A stretch of 48,314 nucleotides of DNA from Azoarcus sp. (GCA_023230755.1 JALNWS010000001.1:1-48314); one strand, 5' to 3'; positions 29,833 to 40,703 are shown, counted from the stretch's first letter. Notes: generated by a model from the sequence alone, not told the origin. Numbers and translations are program-made.

Positions 29833-30734
29833 ACATGACTTCGACTGTCGCCGGCATTGCCCCCGTGCCCGCTGCCGCCGAGCCTGTAGAACGCTCGCCG
29901 GGCTTCTGGTCCGGGGTCGTGCGCAAACTCATGCGCGATCCGGTTGCACTGGGTGCCGGCGCCGTGCTGCTGACCCTGATCCTGATGGCGATCTTCGCCC
30001 ATCAGCTGGTGCCGTCCGACCCCTACGCCACCTCGATGCTCAAGCGCCTGAAGCCGATCGGCTTCGAAGGCTTCCCGCTCGGCTCCGACGAGCTCGGCCG
30101 CGACATGCTGTCACGCCTGATGCTGGGCACACGGCTGTCACTGTTCATGGGCATCACCCCGGTGCTGATCGCCTTTGTCATCGGCAGCGGTGTCGGCATC
30201 CTCCCCGGCTATGCGGGCGGACTGGTGAACACGCTGATCATGCGCACCATCGACATCCTCTACGCCTTCCCGTCGGTGCTGCTCGCCATCGCCCTGTCGG
30301 GCGCGCTCGGCGCCGGCATCGGCAACGCCCTGCTGTCGCTGACCATCGTCTTCATTCCGCAGATCGCGCGGGTAGCGGAAAGCGTCACCACGCAGGTCAG
30401 GGGTCGCGACTACGTCGAAGCCGCGCGTGCCTCGGGTGCCAGCCCCTTCACCATCGTGCGCGTGCATGTGCTGGGTAACGTGCTGGGGCCGATCTTCGTC
30501 TTTGCCACCAGCCTGATCGCGGTATCGATGATTCTCGCCTCCGGCCTGTCCTTCCTCGGCCTCGGCGTGCGCCCACCCGAACCCGAATGGGGCCTGATGC
30601 TCAACACCCTGCGCACCGCGATCTACACCCAGCCCTGGGTGGCGGCCCTGCCCGGCGTGATGATCTTCATCACCTCGATCTCCTTCAATCTGCTGTCCGA
30701 CAGCCTGCGCTCGGCGATGGACGTCAAGAGCTAA
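29829..30734 (+). CDS. ABC permease (DppC/OppC-like)
   Basis: PLGSDELGRDMLSRL, YVEAARASGA, LSFLGLGVRPPEPEWG; ATGA overlap with the upstream stop. Confidence 0.92.
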   Translation: MNMTSTVAGIAPVPAAAEPVERSPGFWSGVVRKLMRDPVALGAGAVLLTLILMAIFAHQLVPSDPYATSMLKRLKPIGFEGFPLGSDELGRDMLSRLMLGTRLSLFMGITPVLIAFVIGSGVGILPGYAGGLVNTLIMRTIDILYAFPSVLLAIALSGALGAGIGNALLSLTIVFIPQIARVAESVTTQVRGRDYVEAARASGASPFTIVRVHVLGNVLGPIFVFATSLIAVSMILASGLSFLGLGVRPPEPEWGLMLNTLRTAIYTQPWVAALPGVMIFITSISFNLLSDSLRSAMDVKS

Positions 30735-30748
30735 TCCAGGGAGTCCTC

Positions 30749-31825
30749 ATGAGTACCGGAATCAGCATCGAACATATCGGCGCACCAGCGGGCAGCGACC
30801 GCGGTGGCCCCGCACAGCCCCTGTTGACCGTCAACAAACTGGTCAAGCACTTTGACCTCAAGAAGAGTTTTGTCGAAACCCTGGTCGGCGGCGGCAAGGT
30901 GGTGCGCGCGGTCGACGGCGTCGACTTCAAGATCATGAAGGGCGAAACGCTCGGCGTGGTGGGCGAATCCGGCTGCGGCAAATCGACCACGGCGCGCCTG
31001 CTGATGCATCTGATCGACCCCTCTGCGGGCGAGATCGTCTTCAACGGCGAAACCGTCGGCTCGCCACAACTGTCTTTGCGTGAATACCGACGCCAGGTAC
31101 AGATGGTGTTCCAGGACAGCTACTCTTCGTTGAACCCCCGCCTCACCATCCAGGACTCGATCGCCTTCGGTCCGCAGGTGCATGGCGTGCCCAAGCAGGA
31201 AGCCGTCACCCGCGCCCGCAGCCTGCTCTCCCGCGTCGGCCTCGAGCCGCGACGCTTTGCCGGGCGCTATCCACACGAGCTGTCCGGCGGCCAGCGTCAG
31301 CGCGTCAATATCGCCCGTGCGCTGGCCTGCGAGCCGCGTCTGGTGATCCTCGACGAAGCGGTGTCTGCCCTCGACAAGTCCGTCGAAGCGCAGGTGCTGA
31401 ACCTGCTGATGGACCTGAAGGAAGAGTTCGGGCTGACCTATCTCTTCATCAGCCACGATCTTCACGTGGTGCGCTATATCTCCGACCGCGTCATGGTGAT
31501 GTATCTGGGGAAGGTGGCCGAAACCGGCCCCGCCGAAGCCTTGTTCCAGGAACCGCATCATCCCTACACCCGGGCACTGCTGTCGTCCATGCCGTCGATG
31601 GATCCCGACCACCGCACCGAACAGGCCGCGCTTGCGGGCGACCCGCCCAACCCGATCGATCCGCCGTCGGGCTGCCGCTTTCACACCCGCTGCCCGCTCG
31701 CCGAGGCGGTGTGTTCGCAACGTGTTCCCATCCTCGAAAACCGCAACCAGCGCGAAACCGCCTGCCTCATCCATGAGCCCGGCAGCGGTCACTCACTCGC
31801 CGGCACAGCCATCCACGCATCATGA
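30749..31825 (+). CDS. ABC ATP-binding protein (DppF/OppF-like)
   Basis: GESGCGKST, LSGGQRQR, DEAVSALD, C-terminal oligo-HPY/CRFHTRC; start at MSTGIS. Confidence 0.93.
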   Translation: MSTGISIEHIGAPAGSDRGGPAQPLLTVNKLVKHFDLKKSFVETLVGGGKVVRAVDGVDFKIMKGETLGVVGESGCGKSTTARLLMHLIDPSAGEIVFNGETVGSPQLSLREYRRQVQMVFQDSYSSLNPRLTIQDSIAFGPQVHGVPKQEAVTRARSLLSRVGLEPRRFAGRYPHELSGGQRQRVNIARALACEPRLVILDEAVSALDKSVEAQVLNLLMDLKEEFGLTYLFISHDLHVVRYISDRVMVMYLGKVAETGPAEALFQEPHHPYTRALLSSMPSMDPDHRTEQAALAGDPPNPIDPPSGCRFHTRCPLAEAVCSQRVPILENRNQRETACLIHEPGSGHSLAGTAIHAS

Positions 31826-32889
31826 GCGGAGCCGACATGAACACAGACACTCAAACCGATCGCACACCGATCGTGTCGGTGCGCGACCTGCGCGTCACCT
31901 TCACCGGTGGCAAGAAACCGGTCAAAGCCGTCAATGGCGTCGACCTCAGCGTTGCCCGGGGTGAAACCGTCGCCCTGATCGGCGAATCCGGCTCCGGCAA
32001 GAGCGTCACCCTGCGCTCGCTGCTGCGCCTGCACCCCGCGCGCCGCACCCGCATCGAAGGCAGGATCGACGTCGCCGGCGTGGACGTGCTCGCCATGAAC
32101 AACCGCACACTCGCCGACTATCGCGGTCGTATCGCGTCGATGATCTTCCAGGAGCCTCTGCTCGCCCTCGACCCGGTGTATACCGTCGGCGCGCAGATCG
32201 TGGAGTCCATCCGTCGTCACGAACGCATCAGCCCCGCCGACGCGCGCAAGCGTGCGCTGGAGCTGTTCGAACGTGTGCGCATTCCCAGCCCGGAGCGCCG
32301 CCTCGACGCCTACCCGCACGAGATGTCCGGCGGCATGCGCCAGCGCGCAATGATCGCGCTCGCGCTGGCCTGCCGGCCGCAAGTACTGCTCGCCGACGAG
32401 CCCACCACTGCGCTCGACGCCACGGTGCAGATCCAGATCCTGCTGTTGTTGCGCGAACTGCAGCGCGAACTGGGGCTGGGGATCATCTTCGTCACCCATG
32501 ACATGGGTGCCGCAGTGGAAGTCGCCGACCGTTTCGCGGTGATGTACGCCGGTCGCATCGTCGAGGAAGGCCCCACCCGCGAGGTGATCCGCAACCCCCG
32601 TCACCCCTACACCCTGGCCCTGATGCAGGCGCGCGCCGATGGCGCCATGGAGAAAGGCGCGCGGCTCGCCAGCATTCCCGGCGCACCGCCCGACCTCGCG
32701 AACCTGCCGGCCGGCTGCGCCTTCGCCGAGCGCTGCACCTTCGTTCAGCCCGCCTGCCTGCAGACCCAGCCCGACGCCGTCGAGCTCGGCGGCAGTCACC
32801 GCGCACGCTGCCTGCGCACCGACGCCACGGCCCACGTCATGACGCGAGCCGCAACCCACGCCCCTCGTCCCCTCACCGAAACTGCCTGA
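31822..32889 (+). CDS. ABC ATP-binding protein (DppD/OppD-like)
   Basis: [30 protein letters not shown]...GCAFAERC. Confidence 0.93.
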   Translation: MSGADMNTDTQTDRTPIVSVRDLRVTFTGGKKPVKAVNGVDLSVARGETVALIGESGSGKSVTLRSLLRLHPARRTRIEGRIDVAGVDVLAMNNRTLADYRGRIASMIFQEPLLALDPVYTVGAQIVESIRRHERISPADARKRALELFERVRIPSPERRLDAYPHEMSGGMRQRAMIALALACRPQVLLADEPTTALDATVQIQILLLLRELQRELGLGIIFVTHDMGAAVEVADRFAVMYAGRIVEEGPTREVIRNPRHPYTLALMQARADGAMEKGARLASIPGAPPDLANLPAGCAFAERCTFVQPACLQTQPDAVELGGSHRARCLRTDATAHVMTRAATHAPRPLTETA

Positions 32890-32936
32890 GCGGTCAAGGC
32901 CCCACCCCCTCACTCCACAGCCACAACGGACACCCC

Positions 32937-34124
32937 ATGCTGATCGAACACGACCCCGCCCACGCCTTCGTCCCCTATCCCGCAGTCGCGCTGCCGCATA
33001 CGCCGGGCGGCCCGCTCGACGGCCTCAGCTTTGCGGTCAAGGATCTCTTCGATGTCGCCGGCTATCCGACCGGCGGCGGCAATCCGCACGTGCTGGCGCT
33101 GTCGGGCATCAAGACCCACACCGCGCCCACCGTGCAGCGCCTGCTCGACAGCGGCGCCCGCTTCGTTGGCAAAACCTATACCGACGAACTCGCCTTCTCG
33201 ATGAACGGCATCAACGCCCACTTCGGTGCCCCGGTCAATGGCGGTGCGCCTGACCGTATCACCGGCGGCTCGTCTTCGGGCTCGGCCGCGGCAGTCTCCA
33301 ACGGGCTGGTGGATTTCGCCCTCGGCACCGACACCGGTGGCTCGGTGCGCTGTCCGGCCAGTCACTGCGGCCTCTTCGGCCTGCGCCCGACGCATGGCCG
33401 CATCAGCCTGGAGAACTGCCTCGATCTGGCACCGGGGTTCGACAGCTGCGGCTTCTTCACCCGCGACAGTGAAACCTTTGCGCGCGTTGGCGACGTGCTG
33501 CTCGGTGCCGATCCCTCACCCCTGCCCGCACAACCCCGCCTGCTCTATCCGGAAGACGGCTGGAGCCTGCTCGACGGTGCCGTCAGCGACGCGCTGCAGC
33601 CAGCCCTGGACCGCGTTGAGGCGCTGTTCGGCAAAGCCGCCTTCATGCGCATGGCGCCCAAAGGCTTCGATCGCAACTACTGGGCCTTCCGCTACATCCA
33701 GGGGCGTGAAGCGTGGCAGGCCGACGGCGACATGATCGAACGCTACGGCCTCGTCCTCGGCCCCGGCGTGCGCGACCGCTTCGCGTGGTCGAAGCTGGTG
33801 ACGGACGCGCAGGTCGAAGAAAGCGTGGCAATCCGCAGCGAGGTCCGCGCCACACTGGCAGAAATCCTCGGCAACGATGGCGTCATGGTGCTGCCGACCA
33901 TGCCCGACATCGCCCCCTTGCTCACCGCCGACGAGGCCGCGCTTGAGGACTACCGCAACAACGCCATCAAGCTCCTGTGCCTGGCCGGACTGAGCGGTTT
34001 TCCGCAACTGTCGATGCCGCTGGTCAAGCGCAACGGCGTTCCGCTCGGCCTGTCGTTGCTCGGTCCGGCAGGCAGCGACCGCAGCCTGATCGCGATGGCG
34101 CAACGGATCGCGGCTGAAGGCTGA
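32937..34124 (+). CDS. Amidase-signature family amidase
   Basis: AVKDLFD (catalytic Lys), GGSSSGSAAAV, GTDTGGSVRCPAS. Confidence 0.92.
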   Translation: MLIEHDPAHAFVPYPAVALPHTPGGPLDGLSFAVKDLFDVAGYPTGGGNPHVLALSGIKTHTAPTVQRLLDSGARFVGKTYTDELAFSMNGINAHFGAPVNGGAPDRITGGSSSGSAAAVSNGLVDFALGTDTGGSVRCPASHCGLFGLRPTHGRISLENCLDLAPGFDSCGFFTRDSETFARVGDVLLGADPSPLPAQPRLLYPEDGWSLLDGAVSDALQPALDRVEALFGKAAFMRMAPKGFDRNYWAFRYIQGREAWQADGDMIERYGLVLGPGVRDRFAWSKLVTDAQVEESVAIRSEVRATLAEILGNDGVMVLPTMPDIAPLLTADEAALEDYRNNAIKLLCLAGLSGFPQLSMPLVKRNGVPLGLSLLGPAGSDRSLIAMAQRIAAEG

Positions 34125-34146
34125 TATTCAGACTGCTGCAAACGCT

Positions 34147-34187
34147 GAACGGGGCGCCCGGCGAGTGATTCGCCGGGCGCCCCGTTC
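34147..34187. terminator. GC-rich hairpin between convergent operons
   Basis: GAACGGGGCGCCCGGCGA-gtgat-TCGCCGGGCGCCCCGTTC, perfect 18-bp stem. Confidence 0.75.
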
Positions 34188-34217
34188 CGTATTACACCGC
34201 TTCGAGGAGGACGAAGC

Positions 34218-35501
34218 TCAGCCCACCGTGCCCGCCCGCGCCAGCATCGCGTGCAGCAGCACATTGGCACCGGCGGCCAGATGCACCGGGTCTGCATCCT
34301 CGATCTCGTTATGCGAGATGCCGTCCTTGCACGGCACGAAGATCATCGCAGTGGGCGCCGTACCGGCCACATAGACCGCGTCGTGCCCCGCACCACTGAC
34401 GATGTCGAGATGGCTGCAACCCGCCCGTTCGGCGCCGTCGCGGATGGCATCGACGAGTACCGGCGCAAAGGCGACCGGTTCGAAGTACACCACCTGTGTG
34501 ACCGTCACACCAACCGGGAAATCCCTCTGCAGCAGTTCGGCAGCTTCGCGCAATGCCGCGTCCATCGCCAGCAGACCGTCGTCGTCGCCGTGACGGAAAT
34601 CCACGGTGAAGCTGACCTTACCCGGAATCACGTTGCGCGAGTTCGGATACACATGCACGCAGCCCACCGTGCCGCGCCCGTCGGGCTGATGCGCCAGCGC
34701 GATCTCCACCACTTTCTGCATGAGGTGGGTCGCAGCGAACAGCGCATCCTTGCGCAAGCGCATCGGCGTGGGGCCGGCGTGCGACTCCATGCCGGTGACG
34801 GTGACGTCGTACCAGCGCTGACCGAGTGCGCCGGTGACCACACCAATCGTGGTGTCGGCATCTTCGAGCACCGGCCCCTGCTCGATATGCGCCTCGAAGT
34901 AGGCACCGAAGCGCGGTGCGCCGGCTCGGACCGACGTCGGCCCATCGCCGGCGTAGCCGATGGCAGCCAGCGCGTCCGCCACGGTAATGCCGTCGTGATC
35001 GGCGCGGCTCAGCGCATGGTCGAGCGTGAAGGCGTCGACATACACGCCCGAGCCCATCATCACCGGCACGAAGCGCGAGCCTTCCTCATTGGTCCATACG
35101 CAGACCTCGACCGGGGCCTCGGTGCGGATGTTGTACTGGTTGAGCGTACGAATCACCTCCAGCCCGGCCATCACCCCGTAATTGCCATCAAACTTGCCGC
35201 CGGTGGGCTGGGTGTCAATATGGCTGCCGGTGGCGATCGCCGGCACATCGTCGCGCGCCCCTGGCCGGCGGGCAAAGATGTTGCCGATCTGGTCGATGCG
35301 GATGCTGCAGCCTTCGGCACGACACCAGGCGACGAACAGGTCACGCGCCTTGCCGTCGATCTCGGTGAGCGCCAGGCGGCACACACCGCCCTTGTCGGTG
35401 GCGCCAAGCTGCGCCAGATCCATCAGTGACTGCCACAGGCGCGAGCCGTCGATGGCGAGGCCGGGCACGGAAGCGCCGGCAGGGGGTAGACGATCATTCA
35501 T
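34218..35501 (-). CDS. M20-family Zn hydrolase (beta-ureidopropionase / N-carbamoyl-amino-acid hydrolase)
   Basis: GSHIDTQPTGGKFDG, NEEGSRF, EAHIEQGP, SGAGHDA, GISHNEIE. Confidence 0.88.
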   Translation of the reverse strand: MNDRLPPAGASVPGLAIDGSRLWQSLMDLAQLGATDKGGVCRLALTEIDGKARDLFVAWCRAEGCSIRIDQIGNIFARRPGARDDVPAIATGSHIDTQPTGGKFDGNYGVMAGLEVIRTLNQYNIRTEAPVEVCVWTNEEGSRFVPVMMGSGVYVDAFTLDHALSRADHDGITVADALAAIGYAGDGPTSVRAGAPRFGAYFEAHIEQGPVLEDADTTIGVVTGALGQRWYDVTVTGMESHAGPTPMRLRKDALFAATHLMQKVVEIALAHQPDGRGTVGCVHVYPNSRNVIPGKVSFTVDFRHGDDDGLLAMDAALREAAELLQRDFPVGVTVTQVVYFEPVAFAPVLVDAIRDGAERAGCSHLDIVSGAGHDAVYVAGTAPTAMIFVPCKDGISHNEIEDADPVHLAAGANVLLHAMLARAGTVG

Positions 35502-35515
35502 TCAATAGACTCCAA

Positions 35516-37009
35516 TCAGCCGTTACTGGGAAAGGCGAACTGCGCCTTTTCGATACTGGCGCTGGGCCAGCGCTGGGTCAGGGTCTTGCGCCGCGTGTAG
35601 AAACGCACGGCATCGGGCCCGTAGGCATACAGATCGCCGAACAGCGAACGCTTCCAGCCACCGAAGCTCTGGCAGGCAACCGGCACCGGCAAGGGCACGT
35701 TCACCCCGACCATGCCGACCTGGACGCGGTCGGTGAAGTGACGCGCGACCGCGCCGTCGCGGGTGAACACGCAGGTGCCATTGCCAAATTCGTGTGCATC
35801 GATGAGCGCAATCGCCTCGTCCAGGCTCGCGACACGCACGATCGCCAGCACCGGACCGAAGATCTCTTCCTTGTAGACGCGCATCCCGGGCTTGACGTGG
35901 TCGAACAGGGTGCCGCCGAGGAAGAAGCCGTTCTCGCCGCCCGCCACCTTGAGCGTGCGGCCGTCGACCACCAGCTCGGCGCCCTCTTCCGCGCCGAGGT
36001 CGATGTAGCTTTTAACCTTGTCGCGATGCACGGCGGTGACAAGCGGACCCATGTCCAGCCCGCGCGTCTGGCCGTTGCCGATGGCCAGCGCCTCGACCTT
36101 GGGCTTGAGGCGCTTCACCAGTTCGTCGGCGACCTGATCGCCTACCGTAACCACCACCGAGATCGCCATGCAGCGCTCGCCGCAGGAACCGTAGGCCGCA
36201 CCCATGATGGCGTTGACCGCGTTGTCGAGATCGGCGTCGGGCATCAGCACCGCATGGTTCTTGGCGCCGCCCAGCGCCTGCACACGCTTGCCGTGTGCGG
36301 TGCCGGTGGCATAGATGTATTCGGCGATCGGGGTCGAGCCAACAAAGCTCACCGCCTTCACCCGCGCGTCGGTCAGCAGGGTGTCGACCGCTTCCTTGTC
36401 ACCGTTGACGACGTTGAACACGCCCGGCGGCAGGCCGGCTTCGGTGAGCAGTTCGGCCAGGATCATCGCCGCCGACGGGTCTTTCTCCGACGGCTTGAGG
36501 ATGAAGCAGTTACCGCAGGCAATTGCCATCGGGAACATCCACATCGGTACCATCGACGGGAAGTTGAACGGCGTGATGCCGGCCACCACGCCCAGCGGCG
36601 GAAACTCGGACCACGAATCGATCTCGGGGCCGACGTCGCGGCTGTGCTCGCCCTTGAGGAACTCCGGCGCACCGCAGGCGTATTCCACTACCTCGATGCC
36701 GCGCTGCAGTTCGCCATGCGCGTCCTCCCACACCTTGCCGTGCTCTTCCACGATGGCTGCGACGATGCGGTCGGCGTGCTTGTCGAGCAGCGCCTTGTAG
36801 GCGAAGAGAATGCGGGCGCGCTTAAGCGGCGGCGTCTTGCGCCAGGCCGGGAAAGCCGCCTCGGCCGAGGCAATTGCCTGCTCCACCGTGGCGCGGCTGG
36901 CCATCGCCACCTGACGCACGGGCTCGCCCAGCGCGGGGTTGAAAACTGCTTGCAGACGTTCGCTGTCGGCGAGCGTCTGACCGTTGATGTAATGACCAAT
37001 CGTGTTCAT
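35516..37009 (-). CDS. mmsA: CoA-acylating (methyl)malonate-semialdehyde dehydrogenase
   Basis: [49 protein letters not shown]. Confidence 0.92.
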   Translation of the reverse strand: MNTIGHYINGQTLADSERLQAVFNPALGEPVRQVAMASRATVEQAIASAEAAFPAWRKTPPLKRARILFAYKALLDKHADRIVAAIVEEHGKVWEDAHGELQRGIEVVEYACGAPEFLKGEHSRDVGPEIDSWSEFPPLGVVAGITPFNFPSMVPMWMFPMAIACGNCFILKPSEKDPSAAMILAELLTEAGLPPGVFNVVNGDKEAVDTLLTDARVKAVSFVGSTPIAEYIYATGTAHGKRVQALGGAKNHAVLMPDADLDNAVNAIMGAAYGSCGERCMAISVVVTVGDQVADELVKRLKPKVEALAIGNGQTRGLDMGPLVTAVHRDKVKSYIDLGAEEGAELVVDGRTLKVAGGENGFFLGGTLFDHVKPGMRVYKEEIFGPVLAIVRVASLDEAIALIDAHEFGNGTCVFTRDGAVARHFTDRVQVGMVGVNVPLPVPVACQSFGGWKRSLFGDLYAYGPDAVRFYTRRKTLTQRWPSASIEKAQFAFPSNG

Positions 37010-37036
37010 CTGCTGTCTCTCTGTATTTTTATGGGC

Positions 37037-38365
37037 TCAGGCAACTGCGCGCAGCGCCTCACGTACGGTCTCGAAGATACGGGTGAGTTCGTCCGGCGTC
37101 GAATCGAGGAAGGGCGAAAACTGCAGGATATCCCCGCCGTTGCGGATCACCACGCCCGCTTCGAAGCACTTGAGGAAGACCTCGTAACCGCGCGCACCCG
37201 GCGCCCCCGGACGCGGTGCCAGTTCGATGCCGCCCATGAGGCCGAAGTTGCGGATATCGATCACATGCGGCTCGCCCTTGAGGGCGTGGATGGTCTCTTC
37301 AAAAATCGGCTCGAGCGCACGGGCACGTGCAAAGCTGTCTTCTTCACGATAGACCTTCATCGTTGCCAGGCCCGCGGCAGCGGCCAGCGGATGGCCCGAA
37401 TAAGTGTAGCCGTGGAACAGTTCGACCGCGCTGTCCGGGCCCTGCATCAAGGCCTGATAGACCTCCTCGCGCACGATGACGGCGCCCATCGGCACTACAC
37501 CATTGGTCAGGCCCTTGGCGGTGGTGATGATGTCGGGCGTGACGCCGAAACGGGCCGACGCGAAGGGTGCGCCAACGCGGCCGAAAGCGGTAATGACTTC
37601 GTCGAAGATCAGCAGGATGCCGTACTTGTCACAGATTTCGCGCAGGCGCTGCAGGTAGCCGATCGGCGGCACCAGGATGCCGGTCGAGCCCGACACCGGC
37701 TCCACGATCAGTGCGGCAATGTTCGACGCATCGTGCAGGCCGACCAGACGCTCGAGATCCTCCGCCAGGTCGCAGCCCCAGGTCGGCTGACCGCGGGTGA
37801 AGGCCATGTCTGCGTGGCTGTAAGTGTGGCGAATGTGGTCCACGCCAGGCAGCAGCGTGGCACTGAACACCTTGCGGTTGCCCGGAATGCCACCCACCGA
37901 CATGCCACCGAAGTTCACCCCGTGATAACCCCGCTCGCGCCCGATCAGCCGCGTACGCTGGCCCTCGCCCCGTGCACGGTGATAGGCCAGCGCGATCTTG
38001 AGTGCGGTATCGGCCGACTCCGAGCCGGAGTTGGTGAAGAACACCCGGTCGAGCCCGGCCGGTGCCAGATCCGCCACTTCGCGCGCCAGCGCAATCGCGC
38101 GGTCGTTCGTTACCTGAAAGCCCATGCTGTAGTCGAGCGTGGCCACCTGCTCCTGCACCGCCGACACGATTGCAGGATGGCAGTGGCCAAGCCCCGAGGT
38201 CCACAGGCCGGAGAAGGCATCCAGCAACTGCTGGCCATCCTCTGCCGTGTAGTAGTGACCGCGTGCCGCCTTGATGACGCGGGGGGATTTCCAGAAGGCG
38301 CGGTTGGCCGTGTAGGGCAGCCAGAAAGCTTGATCGTGGTTCATGGTGGGCACCGTTGATGACAT
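37037..38365 (-). CDS. Class III omega-amino acid (beta-alanine):pyruvate aminotransferase (BauA-like)
   Basis: FWLPYTANR, NSGSESADTALK, YHGVNFGG, FDEVITAFGR, TAKGLTNG (PLP Lys), HGYTYSGHP. Confidence 0.92.
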   Translation of the reverse strand: MSSTVPTMNHDQAFWLPYTANRAFWKSPRVIKAARGHYYTAEDGQQLLDAFSGLWTSGLGHCHPAIVSAVQEQVATLDYSMGFQVTNDRAIALAREVADLAPAGLDRVFFTNSGSESADTALKIALAYHRARGEGQRTRLIGRERGYHGVNFGGMSVGGIPGNRKVFSATLLPGVDHIRHTYSHADMAFTRGQPTWGCDLAEDLERLVGLHDASNIAALIVEPVSGSTGILVPPIGYLQRLREICDKYGILLIFDEVITAFGRVGAPFASARFGVTPDIITTAKGLTNGVVPMGAVIVREEVYQALMQGPDSAVELFHGYTYSGHPLAAAAGLATMKVYREEDSFARARALEPIFEETIHALKGEPHVIDIRNFGLMGGIELAPRPGAPGARGYEVFLKCFEAGVVIRNGGDILQFSPFLDSTPDELTRIFETVREALRAVA

Positions 38366-38418
38366 GCCTTCATCCTAACCATGAACAAACGTGCAAAAAA
38401 CGACTCATTGCGTCACTG

Positions 38419-38440
38419 AAGTTTCATTCAATCGAAACTT
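38419..38440. promoter_or_regulatory. Palindromic regulator site upstream of the aminotransferase operon
   Basis: AAGTTTC-ATTCAATC-GAAACTT, perfect 7-bp arms, matching the box upstream of the LysR gene. Confidence 0.65.
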
Positions 38441-38620
38441 AACCCGCACCGAGCACACCAGAACCACCTCCGTCACGGATCGACAGCAGTGCGTTCAAGC
38501 CACCGCTTTCCGATTCCCTCATGGCGATGCAGCAGAGTGATGCATACTCTTGGGCCAGCGACTCCAAACAGTTTCGGTCGCACGCAGGAATGCATCCTGC
38601 GCGCAGCCCACCCGCACCTC

Positions 38621-39637
38621 ATGTCCTCTGCTCTGATTTCCAGCCTCGACAGCGCGCTCACCGCCCGCGCCTCCCTAATCGCCCAGCTCGCCGCCGAACA
38701 GACCGATGCCTACCGGCTCTTTCACGGCAGCGTCGAAGGCCTGTCCGGGCTGACGGTGGATCGCTACGGCGACGCCCTGCTCGCGCAGACTTTTCATCGC
38801 TCACTCACCGCCGAAGAGCGTGCCGAACTGGAAGCCTTCTACGCCAACGCCTTCCCCGGCCTGCCCCTGATCCTGAACGACCGCAGCCCGGCGAACTCAC
38901 GCATCGCCAACGAGCTGACGCCCGAACAGACCGAGATCGCGCAGCAGCCGCGCGAATTCCGCGAACTCGGCGTCAAGTACCGCTTCCAGGCCCGCCACGC
39001 AGGCCAGGACCCGTGGCTCTTTCTCGACATGCGCGCCGGACGCCGGCGGGTGATGCAGGAGGCGGCCGGCAAGTCGCTGCTCAACGTGTTTGCCTACACC
39101 TGCGGCGTAGGCATCGCAGCGGCACACGCCGGCGCCCGTCACGTGGTAAACGTCGACTTTTCCGAATCCAGCCTGGCCGTCGGCAAGGAAAACGCCCGCC
39201 TCAACGAGCTGCCGATCCGCGTGCGCTTCGTCAAAAGCGACGCCTTCGCCGCGATGCGTCAGCTCTCGGGCATCGGCCAGCCAAAGATGGTGCGCGGCAA
39301 GCGCATGCCTCCCTTCCCCGAACTCGAGCCGCACCAGTTCGACCTCGTCTTTCTCGACCCGCCGCGCTATGCCCGCAGCCCCTTCGGTGTGGTCGATCTG
39401 GTCAAGGACTACCCCGCCCTGTTCAAGCCCGCCCTGCTGTCGACCGCAGAAGGCGGGACCCTGATCTGCTGCAACAACGTGGCACAGGTGAAGCGTGACG
39501 AATGGCTGGATCAGTTGCAGCGCAGCGCGGCAAAGGCCGGACGGCCAGTTCGCGAAATGGAATGGATCGAACCCGAAAGCGACTTTCCCAGCCCGGACCA
39601 CAATCCACCATTGAAGATGGCACTGCTGCGGGTGTAA
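38621..39637 (+). CDS. Class I SAM-dependent methyltransferase (RlmI/RlmK-like)
   Basis: AYRLFHG..EG..GLTVDRY, LFLDMR, LNVFAYTCG.G, DLVFLDPP; start taken at MSSALI. Confidence 0.85.
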   Translation: MSSALISSLDSALTARASLIAQLAAEQTDAYRLFHGSVEGLSGLTVDRYGDALLAQTFHRSLTAEERAELEAFYANAFPGLPLILNDRSPANSRIANELTPEQTEIAQQPREFRELGVKYRFQARHAGQDPWLFLDMRAGRRRVMQEAAGKSLLNVFAYTCGVGIAAAHAGARHVVNVDFSESSLAVGKENARLNELPIRVRFVKSDAFAAMRQLSGIGQPKMVRGKRMPPFPELEPHQFDLVFLDPPRYARSPFGVVDLVKDYPALFKPALLSTAEGGTLICCNNVAQVKRDEWLDQLQRSAAKAGRPVREMEWIEPESDFPSPDHNPPLKMALLRV

Positions 39638-39712
39638 GACAGCCGCCCGCGACACCATCACACACGTAGACACAAGCACCGACGCCGCTCACCGCCAGCA
39701 TACAAGGCAAAT

Positions 39713-40630
39713 ATGCAAGCAGAACCCGACGCCCCATCCGGGCTCCGAGGCCTCTCCGACATCCAGAAAGGCGCACTGGCGGGCATTGTCGTCGTGCTGT
39801 GCTGGTCGGGCTTCAACATCGTGTCGCGCTTCGGCAGCACCGGTACCTTCACCCCTTTTGATCTGGCCGCACTGCGCTACAGCATCTCCGGCCTGATCGC
39901 GCTGCCGCTCTTTCTCACCCGCGTTGCGGTACGCGACTGGCCGCGCTACATGGTGCTCACGCTGTTCGGTGGCCTGGGCTACGCCTTGCTCGTCTACTCC
40001 GGTTTCAGCTTCGCGCCCAGCGCCCATGCGGGGGTGTTCGTCAATGGCGGCATTCCGTTCTGGACCGTGATCATGCTCGGCATTGGCTCCGGTTTTCGTA
40101 TTCCACGCGCGGTGCTGATCGCCCTCCTGCTGTCGACCTGCGGCCTGCTGCTGATCGCCTCCGAAAGCCTGTTCGCACCGCGCCACGGCACGGAGTGGAT
40201 CGGCGACCTGCTCTTCCTCTGCGCCGCACTGACCTGGGCAATTTTCGGCCTGCTGATGCGCCGCTGGCAGATCCAGCCCAAGCTCGCTGTCCTCGGCATT
40301 GCCAGCTTCGCGGCGGTCAGCTACCTGCCGGTGTATCTGCTGTGGCTGCCCAAGACCATCGCCAACGCATCATGGGGCGACCTGCTGCTGCAGGGTACCT
40401 ACCAGGGCGTGATCGCCGCCCTGCTCGCCTCCGGCATGTACAGCTACGCCATCCAGAAGATCGGTGCCAGCCAGGCGTCGATGATGCTCGCGCTGGTGCC
40501 CGCCGTCTCCGCCATCGGCGCCTACCTTCTGCTCGGCGAATCGATCAGTCTCACGGTGGCCATCGGCATCATCGTGGTATCAGCGGGCGCAGCGCTGGGG
40601 GCACTGCCGAATCGGAAGGCGGTGCGCTAG
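39713..40630 (+). CDS. DMT/EamA-family transporter
   Basis: About 10 TM segments in two EamA-like halves (WSGFNIVSR...LAALRY; GDLLFL.AA..WA). Confidence 0.88.
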   Translation: MQAEPDAPSGLRGLSDIQKGALAGIVVVLCWSGFNIVSRFGSTGTFTPFDLAALRYSISGLIALPLFLTRVAVRDWPRYMVLTLFGGLGYALLVYSGFSFAPSAHAGVFVNGGIPFWTVIMLGIGSGFRIPRAVLIALLLSTCGLLLIASESLFAPRHGTEWIGDLLFLCAALTWAIFGLLMRRWQIQPKLAVLGIASFAAVSYLPVYLLWLPKTIANASWGDLLLQGTYQGVIAALLASGMYSYAIQKIGASQASMMLALVPAVSAIGAYLLLGESISLTVAIGIIVVSAGAALGALPNRKAVR

Positions 40631-40660
40631 GCACGGGTTCCCGCAAGGCAGCAGCCCCGG

Positions 40661-40698
40661 AAATACAAACGGCCCCTGAAGAGGGGCCGTTTGTATTT
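40661..40698. terminator. Bidirectional rho-independent terminator
   Basis: AAATACAAACGGCCCCT-gaag-AGGGGCCGTTTGTATTT, perfect 17-bp stem; lies just 3' of the minus-strand tRNA fragment. Confidence 0.85.
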
Positions 40699-40703
40699 AA
40701 TTC

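Noticed and set aside
35426-38359. 977-aa plus-strand ORF
   Set aside because: Antisense shadow of mmsA and the aminotransferase in GC-rich DNA; no recognisable motifs.
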